27,009 nt of DNA, from the IMG/VR virus record IMGVR_UViG_2537562014_000005; one strand, 5' to 3'. Origin of the DNA: a virus. Lineage: Duplodnaviria > Heunggongvirae > Uroviricota > Caudoviricetes. Of this stretch, positions 20,342 through 27,009 are shown piece by piece (the stretch's first letter is position 1; every line of letters starts with the position of its first letter). The position numbers were made by a program, and so were the translations under genes. The notes under the pieces are model-generated. The model was not told the DNA's origin. It saw only the letters and a program-made list of their open reading frames with translations, and made no database searches.

Positions 20342-20698
20342 TTAAAAAATCAGAACGCCGTGCGGCCTCAACACCCGAAAGGCTTCTTTAAATCTCTGTC
20401 GCGAATCATCACGCCAGGCATCTTTATTCAGCCGTCCATATTTCTTTCCCATCCAGGCGTTATCACCAACACTCTCAAGATGCGGAGGGTCTAATACAAC
20501 CATCGAAAAAGATGCGTCTGCAAATGATAATGCACGAAAATCTGCGATAATGTCAGGGCTGATAATCAAGCGTCTCCCATTGCGTAATGTGTATCCTTCT
20601 TTTCTGATATCGCTGAATATCGCCCGTTCGTCAGACTTATCGAACCAGAACATGCGGCTGCCACAGCACATATCAAGAATGGTTGCCGGTGCACTCAC
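20342..20698 (-). CDS. SAM-dependent amino-methyltransferase (DPPH motif IV), possibly C-terminally truncated
   Basis: 118-aa ORF with LDMCCGS (motif I-like) and DPPH; translationally coupled (ATGA) to the upstream Ren-like gene; 29 further sense codons follow the TAA stop. Confidence 0.55.
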   Translation of the reverse strand: MSAPATILDMCCGSRMFWFDKSDERAIFSDIRKEGYTLRNGRRLIISPDIIADFRALSFADASFSMVVLDPPHLESVGDNAWMGKKYGRLNKDAWRDDSRQRFKEAFRVLRPHGVLIF

Positions 20699-21117
20699 TG
20701 CGCCACGTCCTGAAAATTACCCTGATAGAAAGCCAGTATGCGCTGCATAACTTCGCTCTTCCGGCACTCGCGACAGATTATGTTTAGGCGACTGTCGTAG
20801 CGACGTATTTCTCCGTCAGGTGATGACCAGATAAGGTCCGGATCAACCACAGCAGGTTTCTTCACCTTTGCCCTCGAGAGTTTTTTGCGGGCGTTTTGCC
20901 AGTCCTTACGCGCCTGTTCAGAGGGGAATAACCCGTAGCCGGAGTTGTATACATCGCCACTGGCTACCAGCTCTCTGGCAAGAACGCTCATCAGATATCT
21001 AGTCGCACCTGTTTTAGCTTCCAGTTGCCGTAACGTCTCACGGCCGCTCTGGCGCACGAGTTCCACCACCTGCCATTTAATTTTTTCCCGCTCTTCTTGT
21101 GTAAAAACTTTTGCCAC
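20695..21117 (-). CDS. Ren-like protein (140 aa)
   Basis: GTG start preceded by AAGGGGGA; C-terminus RECRKSEVMQRILAFYQG resembles lambda Ren KECRQSAAMKRVLAVYG as I recall it. Confidence 0.45.
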   Translation of the reverse strand: MAKVFTQEEREKIKWQVVELVRQSGRETLRQLEAKTGATRYLMSVLARELVASGDVYNSGYGLFPSEQARKDWQNARKKLSRAKVKKPAVVDPDLIWSSPDGEIRRYDSRLNIICRECRKSEVMQRILAFYQGNFQDVAQ

Positions 21118-21157
21118 AAGTCCCCCTTAAAATTACCTCATGACCTGAAATCAACAC

Positions 21158-21382
21158 TTATCCTCTGAAACCAGGCGGAATTTCTGTATCCGGTTCAGAA
21201 ATATGATTAACACAACGCTGTACAGGTGAACGTCCCAGGCGGATGACCAGTTCGTCCCATTTTTCGCGGAGCTTTGACGGGCTCATGATGTTTTTTACCC
21301 AGAATGGATCTCGCTGAACCCGACCAAACATTTCGCAAATTTGTCTGTGGCTTCTGCCATCCAGCATCCGCATTGTGCGCAC
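21158..21382 (-). CDS. Hypothetical 74-aa protein immediately downstream of the replication initiator
   Basis: ORF only; occupies the position of a helicase-loader gene but is far too short and has no ATPase motif. Confidence 0.3.
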   Translation of the reverse strand: MRTMRMLDGRSHRQICEMFGRVQRDPFWVKNIMSPSKLREKWDELVIRLGRSPVQRCVNHISEPDTEIPPGFRG

Positions 21383-21391
21383 GTCATTGGC

Positions 21392-22177
21392 TCAGGCAGT
21401 CCAGTTAGGCTCTTTTGGTCGCATGATCTCGCCATCATCACTGGCTGCCTGTTCGTAGAGACCCACGATCCGCCCCCAGATCCACTGCGCACACGCCAAA
21501 TCCTCCCTGCTACCCCACTGGCGTTTTTTCGCACTAAACACAACCGCGTCGGAGTTCCGGGTTAAAAAATCCTGTTCAGTCGTCTGCGGGTCCGGTTGCG
21601 AAGCTTCCGGACGAAAAGTGTTTTTATTCTCTGTAGTAATCTCTGTTGTATTCTCTGTAAGATCATCAGGCCATTTTGACCCGATGACATTGGGTCGTTT
21701 TGAACCAATGGAGCGTTTCATTTTGACCTCTTCCATCGTGTCATTTTGACCTGATGGAGCGGCGCATTTTGAACCGATGGATTCGCTCAATTTGCCACCA
21801 TCTAAAAGCTCGCTCCCATAGTTGATCGTGTAGAAATTGGTCATATCGCGCTTTGATTTATTGAGCTTTTCACAACGCAAAAGCCCCAGCGTTTTCAGAC
21901 TTGCAAACGCGCGCTTTAACGTTGACTCTGACCAGAATGGGAACTGTTCCAGCCATTGTTCCGTTGTGTTATAAATCCAGCGAACACCATCACATTCCAT
22001 GCCGGAGTTGGTATCTCTCAACCAGTAGTGCAGTTGTTGCAAAACAATGGCTTCGTTTAAGCCAATTTTCATTGCCAGCTGCGTGTTTATAACCAGTGGG
22101 CGTTCAGCAAAAAGAAGGCTCATAATTCCATCCAGCTTTTTGTTGGTATTGCTGTCGATACGCAAGTTTGAAAGCAA
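21392..22177 (-). CDS. Lambda O-like replication initiator with internal origin iterons
   Basis: 261-aa ORF with an N-terminal winged-helix-like region; six tandem 23-bp repeats inside the coding sequence; start codon uncertain (alternative ATG at 22123). Confidence 0.65.
   Translation of the reverse strand: MLSNLRIDSNTNKKLDGIMSLLFAERPLVINTQLAMKIGLNEAIVLQQLHYWLRDTNSGMECDGVRWIYNTTEQWLEQFPFWSESTLKRAFASLKTLGLLRCEKLNKSKRDMTNFYTINYGSELLDGGKLSESIGSKCAAPSGQNDTMEEVKMKRSIGSKRPNVIGSKWPDDLTENTTEITTENKNTFRPEASQPDPQTTEQDFLTRNSDAVVFSAKKRQWGSREDLACAQWIWGRIVGLYEQAASDDGEIMRPKEPNWTA
21670..21811. repeat. Six direct iterons of 23-24 bp (core ATTTTGACC/ATTTTGAAC): putative ori
   Basis: Core starts at 21673, 21697, 21720, 21743, 21766 and 21789; lies in the middle of the O-like gene, as lambda ori does in O. 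Confidence 0.7.
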
Positions 22178-22325
22178 TTGCTTTTTCTATAAGTTCGTCA
22201 GTTTCACGATCCACTACGGCAGGATCAGCAAAAAGCAGTCCGGACTCCACCACATCGCCATATTCTTTGTTTAACCCGGCGATCATGCACGTGATGCTTT
22301 TTCCGTCAGTAATTTCACGATACAA
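22104..22325 (-). CDS. Doubtful ORF in the junction between the replication and dicB operons
   Basis: 73-aa ORF with TTG start and no convincing ribosome-binding site; no HTH pattern recognised; overlaps the predicted O-like start. Confidence 0.2.
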   Translation of the reverse strand: MYREITDGKSITCMIAGLNKEYGDVVESGLLFADPAVVDRETDELIEKAIAFKLAYRQQYQQKAGWNYEPSFC

Positions 22326-22429
22326 CCTGAAATCATTAATCCGGATATCCGGCGTTAATTGTTAACTGGTTAACGTCACCTGGAGGCACCAGGCACTGCA
22401 TCACAAAATTCATTGTTGAGGACGCGATA

Positions 22430-22618
22430 ATGAAAACGTTATTACCAAACGTTAATACGTCTGAAGGTTGTTTTGAAATTGGTGTCACTATCAGTAACCC
22501 AGTATTTACTGAAGATGCCATTAACAAGAGAAAACAAGAACGGGAGCTATTAAATAAAATATGCATTGTTTCAATGCTGGCTCGTTTACGTCTGATGCCA
22601 AAAGGATGTGCACAATGA
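22430..22618 (+). CDS. dicB: Cell division inhibitor DicB (62 aa)
   Basis: ATG preceded by GAGGA; length and sequence (MKTLLPNVNTSEGCFEIGV...) match my recollection of DicB. Confidence 0.75.
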   Translation: MKTLLPNVNTSEGCFEIGVTISNPVFTEDAINKRKQERELLNKICIVSMLARLRLMPKGCAQ

Positions 22619-22806
22619 ATTCAGCATTTGTGCTTGTTCTGACAGTTTTTCTTGTTTCCGGAGAGCCAGTTGATATTGCAGTCAGTGTTCACAGGACAAT
22701 GCAGGAGTGTATGACTGCAGCAACCGAACAGAAAATTCCCGGTAACTGTTACCCGGTCGATAAAGTTATTCACCAGGATAATATCGAAATCCCGGCAGGT
22801 CTTTAA
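22615..22806 (+). CDS. ydfD: Small protein with N-terminal hydrophobic segment, YdfD-like (63 aa)
   Basis: ATG overlaps the dicB stop (ATGA); N-terminal hydrophobic stretch FVLVLTVFLV; length and position match ydfD. Confidence 0.7.
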   Translation: MNSAFVLVLTVFLVSGEPVDIAVSVHRTMQECMTAATEQKIPGNCYPVDKVIHQDNIEIPAGL

Positions 22807-22898
22807 AACAGTTCCGTAATAAATATCCGGTTTCATTCTTATATGCCAGCAATGGCAGGGATTTGTTCATCCTTAAATCTGTCATGAGGTTAAAACAA

Positions 22899-25370
22899 AT
22901 GAGTAAAGTCTTTATTTGCGCCGCTATTCCTGACGAACTGGCAACAAGGGAAGAAGGCGCTGTGGCTGTAGCCACAGCCATTGAAGCTGGCGACGAACGC
23001 CGTGCTCGAGCAAAATTTCACTGGCAATTCCTGGAACATTATCCGGCTGCTCAGGACTGCGCTTATAAATTTATTGTCTGCGAGGATAAACCTGGCATAC
23101 CCCGCCCTGCCCTCGATTCATGGGATGCTGAATATATGCAGGAAAACCGCTGGGATGAGGAGTCTGCTTCTTTTGTCCCGGTTGAGACTGAATCCGATCC
23201 GATGAACGTCACTTTTGACAAGCTGGCCCCTGAAGTACAGAACGCTGTCATGGTTAAGTTCGACACATGTGAAAACATCACCGTTGATATGGTTATTAGC
23301 GCACAGGAATTGTTGCAGGAAGACATGGCAACATTCGACGGACATATCGTTGAAGCGTTGATGAAAATGCCAGAAGTTAACGCCATGTATCCGGAGCTTA
23401 AGTTGCACGCCATTGGGTGGGTTAAGCATAAATGTATTCCTGGTGCTAAATGGCCCGAAATTCAGGCAGAGATGCGCATCTGGAAAAAACGTCGCGAAGG
23501 TGAACGCAAGGAAACCGGAAAATACACGTCTGTTGTTGATCTCGCCCGCGCCAGAGCCAATCAACAGTACACTGAAAATTCAACAGGAAAAATCAGCCCG
23601 GTCATTGCTGCCATTCATCGCGAATACAAGCAGACATGGAAAACACTGGATGACGAACTGGCCTACGCTCTCTGGCCTGGTGATGTGGATGCCGGAAACA
23701 TTGACGGCAGCATCCATCGCTGGGCAAAAAAAGAAGTTATCGACAACGACCGCGAAGACTGGAAGCGTATCTCGGCATCAATGCGCAAACAGCCTGATGC
23801 CCTTCGCTACGACCGCCAAACTATTTTTGGCCTTGTCCGTGAGCGTCCGATCGACATTCACAAAGATCCCGTAGCACTGAACAAATATATCTGCGAATAC
23901 CTGACGACAAAGGGCGTGTTTGAGAATGAAGAAACAGACCTGGGCACTGTTGATGTTCTCCAGTCATCAGAAACACAAACTGATGCAGTGGAAACTGAGG
24001 TATCTGATATCCCAAAAAATGAAACCGCGCCGGAAGCTGAACCATCTGTAGAGCGTGAGGGGCCGTTCTATTTCCTCTTCGCAGATAAGGACGGAGAAAA
24101 ATACGGTCGCGCAAACAAACTCTCTGGTCTGGATAAGGCACTGGCTGCTGGCGCCACTGAAATCACAAAAGAAGAATATTTTGCCCGAAAAAATGGCACA
24201 TACACGGGCTTACCGCAAAATGTAGATACCGCTGAAGATTCAGAACAACCAGAGCCGATAAAAGTTACCGCTGACGAAGTAAACAAAATTATGCAGGCAG
24301 CCAATATCAGCCAGCCTGACGCCGATAAGTTGCTTGCTGCATCACGTGGTGAATTTGTTGAAGGGATTAGTGACCCGAATGATCCGAAATGGGTTAAGGG
24401 GCTCCAGACCCGCGATTCTGTGAACCAGAACCAGCATGAATCGGAACGGAACTACCAAAAAGCGGAACAAAACAGTCCAAATGCGTTACAAAACGAGCCA
24501 GAAACGAAACAGCCTGAACCAGTAGCGCAACAGGAAGTGGAAAAAGTCTGCACCGCCTGCGGTCAGACCGGCGGCGGCAACTGCCCTGATTGTGGCGCGG
24601 TGATGGGCGACGCAACATACCAAGAAACATTCGATGAAGAGTATCAGGTTGAAGTTCAGGAAGATGATCCGGAGGAAATGGAAGGCGCTGAACATCCACA
24701 CAAGGAGAACACTGGCGGCAATCAGCATCACAATAGCGATAATGAAACTGGCGAGACGGCAGATCACCCAATTAAGGTGAACGGTCATCACGAAATCACA
24801 TCCACCAGCAGGACGTGTGACCATCTAATGATCGACCTTGAAACCATGGGAAAAAATCCTGATGCCCCGATCATCTCAATAGGTGCAATATTTTTCGATC
24901 CGCAAACCGGAGATATGGGACCGGAATTTAGTAAGACTATCGATCTGGAAACTGCTGGCGGAGTCATTGATCGGGACACCATTAAATGGTGGCTTAAGCA
25001 ATCACGCGAAGCGCAATCTGCCATTATGACCGATGAAATCCCGTTAGATGATGCACTGTTACAATTGCGAGAATTTATCGACGAAAACTCCGGTGAATTT
25101 TTTGTTCAGGTTTGGGGAAATGGAGCCAACTTCGACAACACGATTTTGCGCCGTTCATACGAACGGCAGGGGATCCCCTGCCCGTGGCGTTACTACAACG
25201 ATCGCGATGTACGCACAATCGTTGAGCTGGGGAAAGCCATAGACTTCGATGCCAGAACGGCTATTCCATTCGAAGGTGAGCGCCATAATGCACTTGATGA
25301 CGCCCGTTACCAGGCAAAATACGTTTCAGTTATCTGGCAAAAACTGATCCCGAGTCAGGCTGATTCTTAA
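22899..25370 (+). CDS. RecE-like exonuclease VIII family protein with C-terminal DnaQ-like (DEDDh) 3'-5' exonuclease domain
   Basis: ATG at 22899 preceded by GAGG; central motif KLLAASRGEFVEGISDPNDPKWVKG recalled from RecE-family proteins; C-terminal motifs DLETMG, FDNTIL and H-x4-D (HNALDD). K-12 ydfE appears to be a truncated ortholog. Confidence 0.75.
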   Translation: MSKVFICAAIPDELATREEGAVAVATAIEAGDERRARAKFHWQFLEHYPAAQDCAYKFIVCEDKPGIPRPALDSWDAEYMQENRWDEESASFVPVETESDPMNVTFDKLAPEVQNAVMVKFDTCENITVDMVISAQELLQEDMATFDGHIVEALMKMPEVNAMYPELKLHAIGWVKHKCIPGAKWPEIQAEMRIWKKRREGERKETGKYTSVVDLARARANQQYTENSTGKISPVIAAIHREYKQTWKTLDDELAYALWPGDVDAGNIDGSIHRWAKKEVIDNDREDWKRISASMRKQPDALRYDRQTIFGLVRERPIDIHKDPVALNKYICEYLTTKGVFENEETDLGTVDVLQSSETQTDAVETEVSDIPKNETAPEAEPSVEREGPFYFLFADKDGEKYGRANKLSGLDKALAAGATEITKEEYFARKNGTYTGLPQNVDTAEDSEQPEPIKVTADEVNKIMQAANISQPDADKLLAASRGEFVEGISDPNDPKWVKGLQTRDSVNQNQHESERNYQKAEQNSPNALQNEPETKQPEPVAQQEVEKVCTACGQTGGGNCPDCGAVMGDATYQETFDEEYQVEVQEDDPEEMEGAEHPHKENTGGNQHHNSDNETGETADHPIKVNGHHEITSTSRTCDHLMIDLETMGKNPDAPIISIGAIFFDPQTGDMGPEFSKTIDLETAGGVIDRDTIKWWLKQSREAQSAIMTDEIPLDDALLQLREFIDENSGEFFVQVWGNGANFDNTILRRSYERQGIPCPWRYYNDRDVRTIVELGKAIDFDARTAIPFEGERHNALDDARYQAKYVSVIWQKLIPSQADS

Positions 25371-25442
25371 TGTTCAACTGTCGCCGGTTGTGACTGGTAT
25401 TCTGCAACCGGCGCTCGTCTGATGTAAGAGATAAAGAAATCG

Positions 25443-25694
25443 ATGAGCGAAGTAATCATGATTGTCTCTCCCGGCAAATGGGTATCCGAAGAGCAGTTAA
25501 TTGCGCTGAAAGGAATAAAAAAAGGTACGTTAAAAAAGGCCCGGGAAAAATCGTTTATGGAAGGAAGGGAATATAAGCATGTCGCTCATGACGGTATGCC
25601 ATGGGATAACAGTCCATGCTTTTACAACCTGGAAGAAATTGATCGCTGGATTGAGCGCCAGGCATCAGCGAGACCAAGACGTCATCTTACTTGA
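25443..25694 (+). CDS. Excisionase-like small protein
   Basis: 83-aa basic ORF immediately upstream of the integrase; start codon uncertain. Confidence 0.5.
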   Translation: MSEVIMIVSPGKWVSEEQLIALKGIKKGTLKKAREKSFMEGREYKHVAHDGMPWDNSPCFYNLEEIDRWIERQASARPRRHLT

Positions 25695-25728
25695 CTAAAA
25701 GCCACACTAACTAATGAGAGAAGTTGAA

Positions 25729-27009
25729 ATGAAATATCCGACAGGCGTGGAAAACCATGGAGGGAAATTACGTATCTGGTTTGTTTATAAAGACGTAAGA
25801 GTCAGGGAAAATCTGGGGGTTCCTGACACAGCAAAAAACAGGCGCGTTGCAGGTGAACTACGCTCCTCTGTTTGTTACGCAATAAAAACTGGTGTTTTCG
25901 ACTATGCAAAACAGTTTCCCTCCTCACGCAATCTGGAAAAATTTGGTGAGGCCCGACAAGATTTAACCATAAAAGAACTGGCTGAAAAATTTCTGGCACT
26001 GAAAGAAACTGAAGTCGCCAAAACATCACTCAACACATACCGTGCCGTCATCAAAAATATCCTGAGCATAATCGGTGAAAAAAATCTTGCCTCATCGATT
26101 AATAAAGAAAAATTACTGGAGGTTCGTAAAGAGTTACTGACTGGATACCAGATCCCCAAAAGTAACTATATTGTTACACAACCAGGGAGATCGGCTGTAA
26201 CTGTAAATAATTACATGACAAATCTTAACGCCGTGTTCCAGTTTGGTGTTGATAACGGTTACCTGGCAGATAATCCGTTTAAGGGGATCTCGCCATTAAA
26301 GGAATCAAGAACCATTCCGGATCCTCTTTCGCGGGAAGAATTTATCCGTCTTATCGATGCGTGCAGAAATCAGCAAGTAAAAAATTTATGGTGTGTTTCT
26401 GTTTACACTGGAGTTCGCCCTGGTGAGCTGTGTGCACTTGGATGGGAGGACATAGATCTGAAAAATGGAACAATGATGATCAGGAGAAATTTAGCAAAAG
26501 ACCGTTTCACGGTACCAAAAACACAGGCGGGAACCAATCGGGTCATTCATCTTATTAAGCCAGCAATCGACGCTCTCCGGAGTCAGATGACATTAACGAG
26601 ACTGAGCAAAGAGCATATCATTGATGTTCACCTCAGAGAGTATGGCAGAACAGAAAAACAAAAATGCACCTTTGTTTTTCAACCTGAAGTGTCAGCGAGA
26701 GTAAAAAATTATGGTGGCCATTTTACCGTTGACTCAATAAGGCAGATGTGGGACGCAGCGATAAAACGTGCCGGACTCCGCCATCGAAAATCATATCAGT
26801 CGAGACATACTTATGCCTGCTGGTCGCTGACAGCTGGTGCTAACCCGGCATTTATAGCAAACCAGATGGGCCATGCAGATGCGCAAATGGTATTTCAGGT
26901 ATACGGAAAATGGATGTCTGAAAACAATAATGCACAGGTAGCTTTGTTAAATACACAGTTAAGCGAGTTTGCCCCAACCATGCCCCATAACGAAGCAATG
27001 AAAAATTAA
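25729..27009 (+). CDS. intQ: Tyrosine site-specific integrase (lambda Int family), apparently intact
   Basis: ORF 25714..27009 (second ATG at 25729 preferred); C-terminal catalytic motifs (R...HxxR...Y region: SRHTYACW, GHADAQMVFQVYGKW); symbol by synteny only; stop codon is the last triplet of the window. Confidence 0.8.
   Translation: MKYPTGVENHGGKLRIWFVYKDVRVRENLGVPDTAKNRRVAGELRSSVCYAIKTGVFDYAKQFPSSRNLEKFGEARQDLTIKELAEKFLALKETEVAKTSLNTYRAVIKNILSIIGEKNLASSINKEKLLEVRKELLTGYQIPKSNYIVTQPGRSAVTVNNYMTNLNAVFQFGVDNGYLADNPFKGISPLKESRTIPDPLSREEFIRLIDACRNQQVKNLWCVSVYTGVRPGELCALGWEDIDLKNGTMMIRRNLAKDRFTVPKTQAGTNRVIHLIKPAIDALRSQMTLTRLSKEHIIDVHLREYGRTEKQKCTFVFQPEVSARVKNYGGHFTVDSIRQMWDAAIKRAGLRHRKSYQSRHTYACWSLTAGANPAFIANQMGHADAQMVFQVYGKWMSENNNAQVALLNTQLSEFAPTMPHNEAMKN

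Noticed and set aside
21295-21543. 82-aa minus-strand ORF overlapping the 3' end of the O-like gene
   Set aside because: Gly/Ser/Arg-rich junk-like composition in an alternative frame of a well-supported gene; no start signals.
22178-22429. DicF sRNA expected immediately upstream of dicB
   Set aside because: The sequence upstream of dicB does not resemble DicF as I recall it (UUUCUGGUGACGUUUGGCGG...), and there is no appropriate terminator hairpin; dicF appears absent with the rest of the immunity region.
22336-22566. 76-aa minus-strand ORF
   Set aside because: Antisense to dicB, hydrophobic low-complexity product; shadow ORF.
23063-25024. Multiple minus-strand ORFs (78-148 aa) inside the RecE-like gene
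   Set aside because: All lie antisense to the long, well-supported 823-aa reading frame.

Overview
This window is the left junction and most of a Qin-like defective lambdoid prophage of Escherichia coli, lying inverted relative to the lambda map. Gene names are assigned from my recollection of E. coli K-12 Qin proteins plus synteny and ORF lengths; nothing was checked against a database. Order along the window: 5'-truncated host MFS transporter ydfJ (prophage junction near 1285), ydfK, Pin-type invertase pinQ, tail-fibre assembly and side tail-fibre genes, a terminase large-subunit fragment fused to the tail-fibre region, Nu1-like small terminase, a lambda-type cos site, moron genes (ynfO, ydfO, gnsB, cspI), an Rz/Rz1/SAR-endolysin/holin lysis cassette, cspB and cspF, an IS3 copy with a 3-bp target duplication, Q antiterminator with a candidate pR'-tR' module, an HNH-motif protein, the relBE-hokD toxin-antitoxin operon, flxA, decayed transposase-like and small ORFs, a DPPH-motif methyltransferase, a Ren-like protein, an O-like replication initiator carrying six 23-bp iterons, dicB-ydfD, a full-length RecE-like protein with a DnaQ-like exonuclease C-terminus, an excisionase-like gene and an intact tyrosine integrase. 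I found no single clearly novel system. The most notable points are the missing immunity region between the replication and dicB operons, the in-gene iteron origin, the RecE-like/DEDDh exonuclease fusion, the large morphogenesis deletion and the IS3 insertion in the late operon. No tRNA, rRNA or CRISPR array was seen.
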